A DNA stretch of 64,000 bases from an archaeon (lineage in GTDB: Archaea > Iainarchaeota > Iainarchaeia > Iainarchaeales > JAAZKV01), in assembly GCA_041661245.1 (NCBI GenBank), contig JBAZUY010000001.1, positions 64,491 to 128,490 of the forward strand, given 5' to 3'. The translations under genes and the position numbers were made by a program. Under the pieces are notes generated by a model. The model was not told where the DNA came from, ran no database searches, and was given only the letters and a program-made list of their open reading frames with translations. Of this stretch, positions 1-10,170 are shown piece after piece (positions within the stretch are counted from its first letter, which is position 1; each line of letters opens with the position of its first letter).

Positions 1-900
1 GTAACTAAATGTCCTGAATGTGGAAGCGAAAAGATTAGAGTAGACCACGGCAAAGGAGAAGCTGTGTGCATGAACTGCGGATTAATTGTTTCAGAAGACG
101 AAATGATTGACACAGGCAAAGAATGGAGATCATTTGAGGACAGCGAGGATTCATCAAGAGGCGGAAGCCCAATGAAATATGTAAAACTAAACAAAGGTTT
201 AGTTACAATGATTGATAGAAGAGGAACAGATTTACGAGGAAACAAATTATCTTCAAAAGGAAGAGCACAAATGTACCGCTTAATTAAATGGCACAAAAGA
301 GCAAGTGTTTCAAGTTCAATGCAAAGAAACTTATCAATCGCTTTAACAGAAATGAGAAGAGTTGCATCATACTTAAACATCCCGGACACATTAGTTGAAG
401 CAGCAGCATTACTATACAGAAAGACTGTAAAGAAAGGATTAATCAGAGGAAGATTAATCGAAGCAGTTGTTGCAGCAGTATTGTATACAGTTTGTAGAAC
501 ATACCACGTTCCAAGAACTCTTAACGAAATGGCTGAAGCAAGCGGATTAACTAAAAAAGAAATTGGGAGAACATACAGATTTTTAGTTAGAGAACTAAAT
601 TTAGGTGTTCCATTAACAAACCCAATCCACTACATCCCAAGATTCGCATCAGAACTTAACTTGAGCGGAGAAGTTCAAGAAGAAGGAAGAAGAATCTTAG
701 AAGAAGCTATTAAGAAAGGATTAATTTCTGGAAGAGGACCAACAGGAGTTGCAGCAGCAGCAGTTTACATTGCTGGACTTTTGAAGGGAGAAAGAAGAAC
801 TCAAAAAGAAGTTGCAAACGTAGCTGGAGTTACAGAAGTAACAATTAGAAACAGATACAGAGAGCTGAAGAAGAGATTGAACATCGATGTAGCAGCTTAA
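1..900 (+). CDS. tfb: Transcription initiation factor IIB (TFB), 5' truncated by window edge
   Basis: Frame is open from base 1 (VTKCPECGSEKIRVDHGKGEAVCMNCGL): zinc ribbon CxxC...CxxC then two cyclin-like repeats. Confidence 0.97.
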   Translation, partial: VTKCPECGSEKIRVDHGKGEAVCMNCGLIVSEDEMIDTGKEWRSFEDSEDSSRGGSPMKYVKLNKGLVTMIDRRGTDLRGNKLSSKGRAQMYRLIKWHKRASVSSSMQRNLSIALTEMRRVASYLNIPDTLVEAAALLYRKTVKKGLIRGRLIEAVVAAVLYTVCRTYHVPRTLNEMAEASGLTKKEIGRTYRFLVRELNLGVPLTNPIHYIPRFASELNLSGEVQEEGRRILEEAIKKGLISGRGPTGVAAAAVYIAGLLKGERRTQKEVANVAGVTEVTIRNRYRELKKRLNIDVAA

Positions 901-914
901 TAAAAAGATTAATT

Positions 915-943
915 GGCGCGCTTTAGGTTAAACTAAAGCCGCC
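915..943 (+). terminator. Hairpin downstream of tfb
   Basis: GGCGCGCTTTAG-GTTAAA-CTAAAGCCGCC imperfect inverted repeat followed by ACTTTTATT. Confidence 0.5.
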
Positions 944-973
944 ACTTTTATTACTACTTCTGGGCGAAATTAA

Positions 974-2098
974 ATGCAAAATTGGACCAATTGGATTTGG
1001 CAAGAAAAAAATTCTATTCAAACAATAAAAGCTCTTGAAGAAAAAATAAATTGGTTCAAACTAAACACATCTAACTCAAAAACAAAACTAAGCATTAAAA
1101 TTACTCCTTATTATTTGAGTCTAATTGATAAAAAAGATAAGAATGACCCTTTGGCAAAAATTGTTGTGCCTTCAGAATTAGAACTAAAAACAAACAATCT
1201 TGAATTAATTAATCCAATTGGAGATGCAGAACAAAATGAAGAAATTAATAACAAAGCAACGGAAATGCTCGTACATAGATACCAAGACAGAGCACTAATT
1301 CTCACTACAGATACTTGCGCAAGTCACTGCAGGTATTGTTTTCGAAGATCGATTGTTTGCAAAGGAAAATTAAAAAACACCAAAAAAGAACTTCAAAAAA
1401 GTATTGGTTATATTAAAAAAAATCCCCACATTAAAGAAGTAATCTTATCTGGTGGAGATCCACTATCCCTTTCAGATAAAAAACTAAAAGAAATTTTACA
1501 AAAACTTTCGAAAATTAAACACGTACGATTAATTCGAATTCACACTCGTTTTCCAGTTTACAACCCTTTTAGAGTAACCCCTAATTTGACTAAATCTTTA
1601 AAATCATCAAAAAAAGAGCTATGGGTAGTTCTGCACATAGCACACCCACGAGAAATAACTTCTGAACTAGAAAATGCAATTAAACTTTTTAGAAAAGCTG
1701 ATATTGCGCTACTTAACCAAACTGTACTTGCGAAAGGAATTAATGATAACCTTGAAATATTAAAAGAACTAAGTTATAGACTAGCAGAAAACCACATCAA
1801 ACCATACTACTTACATTATCCGGATATGGCAATTGGAACAAGTCACTTTAGAATACCCCTAAAACAAGCAATTGAATTACACAAAAATTTGATTGGCCAC
1901 TTGAGTGGCTATTTAGTTCCACAATTAACTTTAGACATCCCAAAAGGCTATGGAAAAATACCTTTGATTCATAATTTTATTAGCGAAATTAAAACTTTAA
2001 ACGAAACTAAATTCATTGAAGTTGAATCGCCACTTGTTAAGGACAAAAACGGAAAGCATAAAAAGAGTTTTTACCAGGAAGTACTTACTTATGATTAA
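974..2098 (+). CDS. KamA/lysine 2,3-aminomutase-family radical SAM protein
   Basis: CASHCRYCFRR (Cx3Cx2C) cluster, SGGDPLSLSDKKL, KamA-like architecture, 374 aa. Confidence 0.88.
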   Translation: MQNWTNWIWQEKNSIQTIKALEEKINWFKLNTSNSKTKLSIKITPYYLSLIDKKDKNDPLAKIVVPSELELKTNNLELINPIGDAEQNEEINNKATEMLVHRYQDRALILTTDTCASHCRYCFRRSIVCKGKLKNTKKELQKSIGYIKKNPHIKEVILSGGDPLSLSDKKLKEILQKLSKIKHVRLIRIHTRFPVYNPFRVTPNLTKSLKSSKKELWVVLHIAHPREITSELENAIKLFRKADIALLNQTVLAKGINDNLEILKELSYRLAENHIKPYYLHYPDMAIGTSHFRIPLKQAIELHKNLIGHLSGYLVPQLTLDIPKGYGKIPLIHNFISEIKTLNETKFIEVESPLVKDKNGKHKKSFYQEVLTYD

Positions 2099-2116
2099 TT
2101 CGTGTAGTAGCTTAAT

Positions 2117-2524
2117 TTGCCGCACACAATTTTGATGGTGAACACTATGGGAAGCTTTGTTGAACTAAATGACACTCTACAAATAACAAGCGAACAAGGT
2201 TTCCCAAGAGAACTTCAATTAGAAAAACACTTAAAAAAACCTTTTACTGCCGAACAATTTAAGGACAAGGTATTTGAATTTTCAAGCAAACCTAAAATTA
2301 GACTCTACCAACAACCACCAGTTCGCAATTTTCTTGTGCAAAACATTAATGGCAAATGGCTTTATTGGGGATTAATCCACATCGTTGAAATTACTCACGA
2401 CATGACTAAGCAAACCACATCAGGAAAATTTAAAATAATTTACATTTACACTCCTGAAGAAATGAAATACGCACACAAATTAATTGACAGAAACAAAGAC
2501 ACTGACTTTTTGAAAGTAATGTGA
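2117..2524 (+). CDS. Hypothetical protein, probable partner of the KamA-family gene
   Basis: 135 aa ORF 18 nt downstream in the same direction; no family recognised. Confidence 0.7.
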   Translation: MPHTILMVNTMGSFVELNDTLQITSEQGFPRELQLEKHLKKPFTAEQFKDKVFEFSSKPKIRLYQQPPVRNFLVQNINGKWLYWGLIHIVEITHDMTKQTTSGKFKIIYIYTPEEMKYAHKLIDRNKDTDFLKVM

Positions 2525-2591
2525 AGTTTGCAAATCCACCACATTTCTATTTTAAAAAAATTTAACTCATTAAATAAAATAATTATTGAAT

Positions 2592-5048
2592 TTAACTTGT
2601 TCTACAATCTGCAGTGTTAGTAATTCCTTCCCATGCAAGCGGAGGATATCCGATTCCCTCACAAATGTTGCTCCAATTCTTATCAGCACCAAATGTCCAA
2701 GCATCCGTTCCAGTGTATACTGCATGAGTAATTGGGAAGAAAGTACTATCAGTTGTTGAATAGAAAGAATTTGTGACTGGGTCTTGGCCAGTATCTCCAC
2801 CAATTAAACCCCCACTCACATAATAACCATCAACCATAATTGGTCCAGTAGCAAAACAATTTGTAACAGCACCATAACTTCTACCAACTAATCCCCCAAC
2901 TTCAATACTCCCACTTGAAGTACCAGTTGAATAGGAATTTAAAATTGGAGGAGAACCATAACCGTACTGTTGACCTGTAAGCCCGCCAATGTTATATGTT
3001 CCAGAAACACTCGCAGTAGAGTAAGTATTAGAAACTCTTCCAGATGTTTGAGCCCCAATTAACCCACCAACATGCCAAGACCCTGACAACCCAGTAACTA
3101 CCCCAGTACTGTAACAAGCATTAACAACACCATAACTATTAATTCCAATTAATGCACCAGTATCATTAATTCCAGTCACATTAGCATCTACGAGACCAAT
3201 ATTTTTTATTGTACCATATTCATTCACACCAAACAAACCAACAGTATTCTGAGCTCTGTTAATATACAATCCATATATTTTGTGCCCCCCACCATCAAAT
3301 GTTCCTCTAAAACCACTAACTGTTTGAAGAGGCCCAATTGGAGCAAACCCATTTCCATCATTCCAAAAAACTCCGCCCGCATGAGTCGCAGTATACATGT
3401 TTAAATCTGTTGTCAGCAAATAGCTTGCCTGAAGATTTAATTGAATGTCATTCATGTCAAGCACATCATCAATCAAATAAGGGGACAACGCAGTTCCGCT
3501 TCCTCCGCAAATATGCCCAAGCGGACAAGAATCACAAGCATCACCAACACCATCCGAATCAGTATCTTTTTGAGAAGTATTTGGAACAGATAAACAATTA
3601 TCACAAGCATCACCAACACCATCATTATCAGAATCCTCTTGGCCAACATTTGAGACCAAAGCGCAATTGTCTTTTGAATTATTCAAATCATCCAAATCAA
3701 TATCCTCGACAAAAACTGGAAGAGAAGAACCACTCCAACTCCAAGGAATTCCCCAAGCTTGTGAAGAAGTATAAACTGCATGAGATGGAGAATACAAAAC
3801 GCTCTCTGATCCAACGTATGTTCCAAGACCATTATCAAAATCAGTAAAATATGAATTTGTTATTGTACCAACAGGAGTAAGATTTGCCCCTAGTAATCCA
3901 CCATAAGTTGAATTCACTCTAAGCCGACTCGTTGAAAAAGAATTAATTATACTCCCGCTACTTAATCGACCACTAATTCCTCCTCCAGAAGAGCCAGCAT
4001 TTACATCCCCTCGTGAATAAGAATTAATTATTCTCCCAAATACTCCCCCACTAATTCCTCCCGCACTACCCATTCTTGCATTAACATCAACATCCGAATA
4101 ACAATTTAGAATTTCCCCAGATCGTTGCATTCCAACAATTCCACCAACATACTGCGCGCCAATAACTGACCCGCTAACAAAACAATTTTGGAGTTTACCA
4201 TAATTAATGCCCGCGATTGATCCCGCAGTAATTCCTGTAGAATTAACGTTTACATCAATTAGTAAAATATTTTTTATAATACTACTATACCCTGGAGAAC
4301 TAAATAACCCCCTACTATTCCCCGAACCAATTTTTAATCCCATAATTTTATTCCATCTACCATCGAGTCCCCCATTAAATTGATTTGTGCCTGTTCCAAT
4401 CGGCACAAATCCGGCCGCAGTATTAAATGGATCCACATCACAATTAATGTCATTCATAAGAACATAATACCCGTTCAAATCATTCCAAATATTATTCAAA
4501 TCATTACAAGTTTGAATTTTATAAATATTTGAATAAGAAGAATCAGCGAATCTTGCGGTTAAAGGAAGAACTGGATTTCGAGCATTATTGGAATCCGCAT
4601 TCAAAACACATTCTACATTAGTAGTATAGGAATATTTTTTTTCAACCCCATACTTTGAACGAGTATAAACAATTAATTCACATTGCTTTTTTTTACTAGG
4701 AGAATCACAAACACAACCTGTTATTCCATTTAAAGAAAATGTTTTTTGCTCAATTTCTCCAAAATAAATATTATCATAAGGAACTTGCTTTCCGCCAAGA
4801 CTTATTTTTTCTATGGTAAGTGAATCCCCCGTATTATTTCCAAGAACTATTATTGCATTTCCAGAAGCATCCAACACTGAATCAGAAATTGAAATCGAAG
4901 AAGTTTTGTCACCCAAAGTAGACATGTTTGTTGAAGTATCCCCCGTATTTGTATTAGAGGACATTATCCCAACCACTACAAGAGAAAGAACAACTACTAC
5001 CCCAATTATTACAAGATACTCAACTGTACCCTGCCCCCGATTAAACAT
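2592..5048 (-). CDS. Surface/adhesin-like protein with class III signal peptide, GLUG-like repeats and thrombospondin type 3 repeats
   Basis: N-term [24 protein letters not shown]; repeats such as [23 protein letters not shown]; [14 protein letters not shown] and [14 protein letters not shown]. Confidence 0.88.
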   Translation of the reverse strand: MFNRGQGTVEYLVIIGVVVVLSLVVVGIMSSNTNTGDTSTNMSTLGDKTSSISISDSVLDASGNAIIVLGNNTGDSLTIEKISLGGKQVPYDNIYFGEIEQKTFSLNGITGCVCDSPSKKKQCELIVYTRSKYGVEKKYSYTTNVECVLNADSNNARNPVLPLTARFADSSYSNIYKIQTCNDLNNIWNDLNGYYVLMNDINCDVDPFNTAAGFVPIGTGTNQFNGGLDGRWNKIMGLKIGSGNSRGLFSSPGYSSIIKNILLIDVNVNSTGITAGSIAGINYGKLQNCFVSGSVIGAQYVGGIVGMQRSGEILNCYSDVDVNARMGSAGGISGGVFGRIINSYSRGDVNAGSSGGGISGRLSSGSIINSFSTSRLRVNSTYGGLLGANLTPVGTITNSYFTDFDNGLGTYVGSESVLYSPSHAVYTSSQAWGIPWSWSGSSLPVFVEDIDLDDLNNSKDNCALVSNVGQEDSDNDGVGDACDNCLSVPNTSQKDTDSDGVGDACDSCPLGHICGGSGTALSPYLIDDVLDMNDIQLNLQASYLLTTDLNMYTATHAGGVFWNDGNGFAPIGPLQTVSGFRGTFDGGGHKIYGLYINRAQNTVGLFGVNEYGTIKNIGLVDANVTGINDTGALIGINSYGVVNACYSTGVVTGLSGSWHVGGLIGAQTSGRVSNTYSTASVSGTYNIGGLTGQQYGYGSPPILNSYSTGTSSGSIEVGGLVGRSYGAVTNCFATGPIMVDGYYVSGGLIGGDTGQDPVTNSFYSTTDSTFFPITHAVYTGTDAWTFGADKNWSNICEGIGYPPLAWEGITNTADCRTS

Positions 5049-5120
5049 ACTAAACTAATGTTTCCAGAATATAAAAATCTAATTTTTAGTTAATTTTTTA
5101 AGTAATTAACTTTTATATAC

Positions 5121-6098
5121 TTGGAAAAACACCATAAAGTAATGAAAAATAAAGCACAAGTATTCTCACTAGAACATACCCTCTTACAAGGACATTCTTC
5201 CATTCGGGGGCAAGGAGCAATAGAATATTTACTAATAATCGGCGCTGCAATACTTGTTGTAGCAATAGTTACCCTCGCAATTACCTCTTTACTTGGCCAA
5301 GGCCAAACTCAAACTACAAGCGGAGCAAATGAACAAGGCAGTGCGCTAGGAGGATTAACAAGTCTTGCTTACGTAACAGTGTCTGGAAGTAATTATCAAA
5401 AATCAGATCCGATTGTAACTTCACTTAAATCAATGTGGACACTTAATGATGCAAGTACAATTACTGATTCGGTTGGAGGAATAAATGGAACTTGTGGTAC
5501 TGCATGCCCAACATTAATTAACGGAATATCAGGAAATGCATTTCATTTCACAAGTGGAAACACTGCACCTGAGCAATATATACTAATAGATAATATTCCA
5601 GCACCTAACGAAGTAACATATTCTACATGGTTTAGAACTTCGAGTACTGGGTACATTTCATCATTTCGCACATATAATGACCCAATATCTTTAGATCCGG
5701 ATAATCCAAATCATTGGAGAGGAAGCTTAAGCATCGATGCTTCAAACTATTTATTCTGGGAGGTTGGCTCTTGGACAAGCGCAGAATGTCCTTCCAACTC
5801 CTTGCACCTGCTCAAATCAAAAGAACCGATTACATTTAATGAATGGCACATGGCAACACTCACAGTGGATTATAATCCATTCATTGGAAAATTTTATCTT
5901 GACGGGGAATTACAAGCTACCCACAATGACGGAAAAGCATGCAGCAATAATTCAAACTATTTGTGGTTAGGAAGAAGAAAAATACTCGGGCAAGGAACAC
6001 CAACAAATTTTATTGGAGATATTGATGATTTTGCAATTTGGGATAGACAACTTACAAGCGATGAAATAAAAACACTTTATACTAATGCTAAGAAATAA
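5121..6098 (+). CDS. LamG/concanavalin-like surface protein with class III signal peptide
   Basis: RGQGAIEYLLIIGAAILVVAIVTLAI; C-terminal domain FHFTSGNTAPEQYILIDNIP...GKFYLDGELQATHNDG...GDIDDFAIWDRQLTSDEI. Confidence 0.85.
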   Translation: MEKHHKVMKNKAQVFSLEHTLLQGHSSIRGQGAIEYLLIIGAAILVVAIVTLAITSLLGQGQTQTTSGANEQGSALGGLTSLAYVTVSGSNYQKSDPIVTSLKSMWTLNDASTITDSVGGINGTCGTACPTLINGISGNAFHFTSGNTAPEQYILIDNIPAPNEVTYSTWFRTSSTGYISSFRTYNDPISLDPDNPNHWRGSLSIDASNYLFWEVGSWTSAECPSNSLHLLKSKEPITFNEWHMATLTVDYNPFIGKFYLDGELQATHNDGKACSNNSNYLWLGRRKILGQGTPTNFIGDIDDFAIWDRQLTSDEIKTLYTNAKK

Positions 6099-6162
6099 TT
6101 AATTAAAAAAATAAAATAAGCAAATGGTTTTTACCAAATGCTTATTTCAAATATTATCCCAC

Positions 6163-7176
6163 CTACTCGCGAATAGTTTCTTTTATTTTTGTTCCAAAGT
6201 GCATTCCTGCTTCCCCAACTTTAACAAGAACTTTGTCCCCAACTTTGAGGTCAGCTACAGAAATATGCTTTCCATCTTTTTGAATTAATCTAATTGTTTC
6301 AGCGTTTTGAAGAACAACTCCGGATTTATTTCCGTTAATTTCTGCTTCAACTAAAAGCAAAGGTCTTGTTTCAATTTTATTTCTCCCGATAATAATATTT
6401 TTTGCTTCCCCTTTGTAATTAATTGAAAGAGCTTCATCTCCGCTTTTTAATTCCATGGCATATTTTGTTTTTCCTTCGGGCAATAAAATATACGAATGAA
6501 CTGCACCGGCATTAACTCTAAAAGGACGAGTTGCACAATACTCAGCCTCATTTGATTCTGATTGAATTAAGAAAAGCATTTTTGGAGAATTCCCAACAAG
6601 CATTCCTTCCCCAACACTCATTAAATTACAAGTGTCAATGCAAGTTCTTTCTCCAGAACCAAGTACTTTTACTTCGGTAACAGTCGCCTCAACTAAATCA
6701 ACTGTGCCTGCACTTTTTGAAAATTCTTTTACAGCCGCCATAATCTCCGCTCGGTTTTTTGGTTTGATTATTACTCCTTTTACGCCTTGTTCCATCACAG
6801 AAAGCATTGTGGAAATATCTTGAACTCTGCAACCAACATAAACATTTGATGATTTTGAAATTAAATTCTCAAGAGGAATTATTTTCCAATCAGTAACATA
6901 AGCAATTACTGAACTTTTTTTTGCATACTCAAGTGCTTTATTTTCTTCTTCTTTTTTTGTAATTAATTGTTCAAAAATATCTTTTCCCAAAACTCTATCC
7001 CCGTCTTCGGAAATAGTTTCAATTCTCCCGAGTTTATGAACTTGTTCGGTTGTACCTTTTGGAACGATTATTGTTCTTATCCCCGCTTCAAGAGCAGAGG
7101 TAACAAGTTCCTTTTTGTAAGGTCTAATGTCAATGATTAATTCTTTTCCTGTTGTCATACAAATATCACCATTCAA
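6163..7176 (-). CDS. 3-dehydroquinate synthase II (archaeal type)
   Basis: Archaeal DHQ synthase II-like sequence (NAGAVHSYILLPEGKTKYAMELKSGDEAL); next to ADH synthase. Confidence 0.92.
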   Translation of the reverse strand: MNGDICMTTGKELIIDIRPYKKELVTSALEAGIRTIIVPKGTTEQVHKLGRIETISEDGDRVLGKDIFEQLITKKEEENKALEYAKKSSVIAYVTDWKIIPLENLISKSSNVYVGCRVQDISTMLSVMEQGVKGVIIKPKNRAEIMAAVKEFSKSAGTVDLVEATVTEVKVLGSGERTCIDTCNLMSVGEGMLVGNSPKMLFLIQSESNEAEYCATRPFRVNAGAVHSYILLPEGKTKYAMELKSGDEALSINYKGEAKNIIIGRNKIETRPLLLVEAEINGNKSGVVLQNAETIRLIQKDGKHISVADLKVGDKVLVKVGEAGMHFGTKIKETIRE

Positions 7177-7204
7177 AATATTTTTAATTTACTAAGTTAG
7201 CAAA

Positions 7205-8065
7205 CTAATGCGCACTTTTTGCATTTGCTAACTTAGCAGAAACTTTTTCATCCTTAAGATCCGCTTCTTTCATTGCAGCATCCACCGAATAATTCTTGTG
7301 AAGGATTAAAGAAACTGCTTTTATTATTTTTTTTGGCTCTTTATGCTGGAATGCATTTCTACCCATTGCAACTCCTGCTGCGCCAGCATCCATTGCATCT
7401 TTTATCATTACAAGAACATCCTTATCAGTTCCTTTACATCCACCCGCAATAATAACTGGTACTGGACAACCAGCAACTACTTGCTTGAAACTTTCCTTAC
7501 TACCCGTGTAATTTGTTTTAACAATATCTGCTCCAAGTTCTGCCCCAATTCTTGCCGCAAGCTTTACTACTTCCACATCTTTTTCATTTTTTACTTTTTC
7601 TCCTCTTGGGTACATCATCATCAAAAGCGGCATTCCAAATCTTTTACAATCTCTAACAACTTGCCCCGCTTCTTCCATCATTCTCCCCGTGTCAGCTGCA
7701 CCAACGTTAATGTGAATTGAAATCGCATCCGCTCCAAGCGAAACAGCTTCCTCAACAGTCGTAACCATTACTTTGTTTAACGGATCAGGCGAAAGCGAAG
7801 TTCCTGCACTTAAGTGAACAATCAAACCAATATCAGTTCCACCCCCGCGAAAACCGACACCAACAAGTCCTTTATGCATTAAAATTCCATTTGCTCCAGA
7901 TTCAGCAATCGTAGAAACAGTTTCTTTAACATCAATCAAACCTTCAATTGGACCATCACTAATACCATGATCAATTGGGACAATCAACATTTTTTGTGAT
8001 TCTCTCCCCATTATTCTTTGCATTCTAATTCTTTTTCCAATCATCATTCCATCCATTTTTTTCAC
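7205..8065 (-). CDS. 2-amino-3,7-dideoxy-D-threo-hept-6-ulosonate synthase (class I aldolase family)
   Basis: [20 protein letters not shown]-like start ([11 protein letters not shown]), [27 protein letters not shown]; paired with DHQ synthase II. Confidence 0.93.
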   Translation of the reverse strand: MKKMDGMMIGKRIRMQRIMGRESQKMLIVPIDHGISDGPIEGLIDVKETVSTIAESGANGILMHKGLVGVGFRGGGTDIGLIVHLSAGTSLSPDPLNKVMVTTVEEAVSLGADAISIHINVGAADTGRMMEEAGQVVRDCKRFGMPLLMMMYPRGEKVKNEKDVEVVKLAARIGAELGADIVKTNYTGSKESFKQVVAGCPVPVIIAGGCKGTDKDVLVMIKDAMDAGAAGVAMGRNAFQHKEPKKIIKAVSLILHKNYSVDAAMKEADLKDEKVSAKLANAKSAH

Positions 8066-8142
8066 CAGACCATTTATTTATACACTTTGGAAGAACTAAA
8101 ACCTTCCGGAGCTATATTAAAACAAATTAATTGTTCGAATAC

Positions 8143-8166
8143 GACTCTGGGGATTAGTCCAGAGTC
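8143..8166 (-). promoter_or_regulatory. Perfect 8-bp hairpin in the upstream region of the shikimate-entry genes
   Basis: Minus strand GACTCTGG-ACTAATCC-CCAGAGTC; its first base is the last base of the small ORF stop codon. Confidence 0.55.
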
Positions 8167-8261
8167 TATTCATAAAAATAGAAATAACCAAAGTAAGAGC
8201 TAGAATTAACACCTGCTGAAACAGCACTCATTGAAACTAACTCATCCATTACTAATAACAT
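8166..8261 (-). CDS. Candidate aromatic-rich leader peptide (not in supplied ORF track)
   Basis: Read on minus strand: MLLVMDELVSMSAVSAGVNSSSYFGYFYFYE*. The internal ATG at 8249 lies about 27 nt from TTTATAAA at 8280-8273, suiting a leaderless start. Stop TAG (8168-8166) abuts a hairpin. Confidence 0.45.
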   Translation of the reverse strand: MLLVMDELVSMSAVSAGVNSSSYFGYFYFYE

Positions 8262-8331
8262 TCCTTTCAACCTTTATAAACACTAACAAAAACTACCTGT
8301 AACAAAATATACACCCAAAAGAAGCTTACAT

Positions 8332-8361
8332 ATGCCTCCAAATTGCCAAGGACGGAGGCAT
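8332..8361. promoter_or_regulatory. Candidate palindromic operator upstream of TATA box
   Basis: ATGCCTCC-N14-GGAGGCAT, immediately followed by TATA-like TTTATATT (8363-8370), about 26 nt before ATG 8393. Confidence 0.5.
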
Positions 8362-8392
8362 CTTTATATTCTTAATCGTTTTACATATTGTC

Positions 8393-8689
8393 ATGAAGAC
8401 AGGATTATCAAGTTATTTTGATTCAGCAAAAAGATGTTGCATGTTATGCCACACTTATAGAAACATTAAACCTAGTGAAGAGCAAAAAGAAATGGCAATG
8501 GCTTCAACTAGAAAAGCATATGACACTTTAAGAGAAGCATTTGAAACTTTGAGAGCAGAAGATGCCGAAATGGGCAAACTTGACACAGTTCGAGCAGCAA
8601 AAGTTCTTTGCCTTGATGCAATGGATGCATGCGGAACATGCGATAAGCAAAGAGCAAGAATAAGAGAGATTTTGGTCGATATTAAGTAA
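8393..8689 (+). CDS. Small cysteine-rich predicted helical protein
   Basis: 98 aa; CCMLC near N-terminus and LCLDAMDACGTC near C-terminus; good TATA-to-ATG spacing. Confidence 0.78.
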   Translation: MKTGLSSYFDSAKRCCMLCHTYRNIKPSEEQKEMAMASTRKAYDTLREAFETLRAEDAEMGKLDTVRAAKVLCLDAMDACGTCDKQRARIREILVDIK

Positions 8690-8762
8690 ATAAATATTTA
8701 CTAATTAGCCAACTTTTTCTAATTCAAGTATATTTTAATACTAAAATAGACCTAATTCTAAC

Positions 8763-9428
8763 ATGCTAAAACAAGTATTGAAAAGAAGTGCTATTAGAAC
8801 AACTATTAAAGTAAAAAAGGCTATTCAGAAATTTAGAATTGGTTCTTATTTTGCAGGCAAAGCAAGACACCACGAAAGCGCAACAAGATTTGCTTATGCG
8901 GAATTTGGAAGAGGATTACTTTCAAAAATAAAACCAATTATTATTTCAAAAGGAACTCCCATTGGAACAACCCCAAATGGAGCAGGCAAAAGTTTTGTAG
9001 TAATGCCCCTTGGAGGAACTTACGAAGCTGAACAGACAATTGGAGTGATTAAAGGAAGCGAACCCAATCATTTTTCAAGACCACAAGCATGGTTAGGACT
9101 CGGATTTAAAGAAAACGCAGTAATTGTTGAATCAATGCAAACAAGAAAAGAAGCAATACCTGCACTTAATGCATTTAGAAGAGCAACAAAAAAACAAGCA
9201 CTAAATTTTATGTTAAAAGAAGTTGAAGAAAAAGCGCGCGAACTTGGGTTTAGTGAAGTAAAAATCAGAACACCAGAAACCTTATTCTTTTTCCATTTTC
9301 CACACAAAGTTAAATCCCCAACATTAAGTGATAAACAAATACGCGCACAAATGAAAGTGTTGTACGCAAGAGTAGCAAGCGCAGAAGGATACAAACGAGA
9401 AGGAATATTTTACGTTAAAAGATTATGA
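8763..9428 (+). CDS. Hypothetical protein
   Basis: 221 aa ORF in a co-directional run ending with rnhB. Confidence 0.75.
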   Translation: MLKQVLKRSAIRTTIKVKKAIQKFRIGSYFAGKARHHESATRFAYAEFGRGLLSKIKPIIISKGTPIGTTPNGAGKSFVVMPLGGTYEAEQTIGVIKGSEPNHFSRPQAWLGLGFKENAVIVESMQTRKEAIPALNAFRRATKKQALNFMLKEVEEKARELGFSEVKIRTPETLFFFHFPHKVKSPTLSDKQIRAQMKVLYARVASAEGYKREGIFYVKRL

Positions 9429-9440
9429 CGAGTTGATTAA

Positions 9441-10169
9441 ATGCTAAAAAGAATTACAACCCCAAAATCAAAACTAGTGACTAGTTCTAAAAGAGGATTA
9501 TTTGTTACCGCGAGAACTAGGACCTTTCTTAAAAAACATCCACAAATATTGGGCTTAATAAGAAGAGCAATAAAAGAAAAATTTGATAACACCAAATCAG
9601 TTTCTCAACTAAAAAAAAGAAAAGCAGTTTTCAAATATGACCACACAGGAACTTGGAAGGGAATGGAAAATTATGGGACTTACAGTGTACAAATTGGATC
9701 AAAAAAATGGTTTGTAAAACATGAAGTCGGAGGAGTAGAACACCTTGCAACACTAATTGAAAGATTTAATGCAACAAGGAAAATGATTAAAGGAATGCAA
9801 GGAAAAGTACATGGATTTAATGTACGTTTAATAGAACCTGAACTAATTTATGCTCAATCTCATACCCCTTTAGGAGAAGTATTCCTAGCAACTAAATTTT
9901 TTGAAGAACACAGAGTAAAACTAGTCTCAGACCTGTTTGCTGAAGCGGGACTTGTGAGCAAATTTTCAAAAATCCGTCTAGTAATCCCCCAATATGATAA
10001 AGAAGCACGAGAGTTAGCACTAAAACTAGGAGTTGCTACTGCAAGAATAGAATCCGAAATGGGAGCACAGGTAAAAACTGGAGAAGACCGCCGACCTAAC
10101 CTTTTTTATGAACATAAAACAAATACTATTTGGATATTCGACATGGGCGGATCAACAAAGATGATATAA
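9441..10169 (+). CDS. Hypothetical protein
   Basis: 242 aa ORF, 12 nt after the previous gene and 1 nt before rnhB. Confidence 0.78.
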   Translation: MLKRITTPKSKLVTSSKRGLFVTARTRTFLKKHPQILGLIRRAIKEKFDNTKSVSQLKKRKAVFKYDHTGTWKGMENYGTYSVQIGSKKWFVKHEVGGVEHLATLIERFNATRKMIKGMQGKVHGFNVRLIEPELIYAQSHTPLGEVFLATKFFEEHRVKLVSDLFAEAGLVSKFSKIRLVIPQYDKEARELALKLGVATARIESEMGAQVKTGEDRRPNLFYEHKTNTIWIFDMGGSTKMI

Positions 10170-10170
10170 T

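Noticed and set aside
2592-5048. DNA-level repeats as a mobile or CRISPR element
   Set aside because: The repetition reflects protein-level GLUG and TSP3 repeats inside one intact reading frame.
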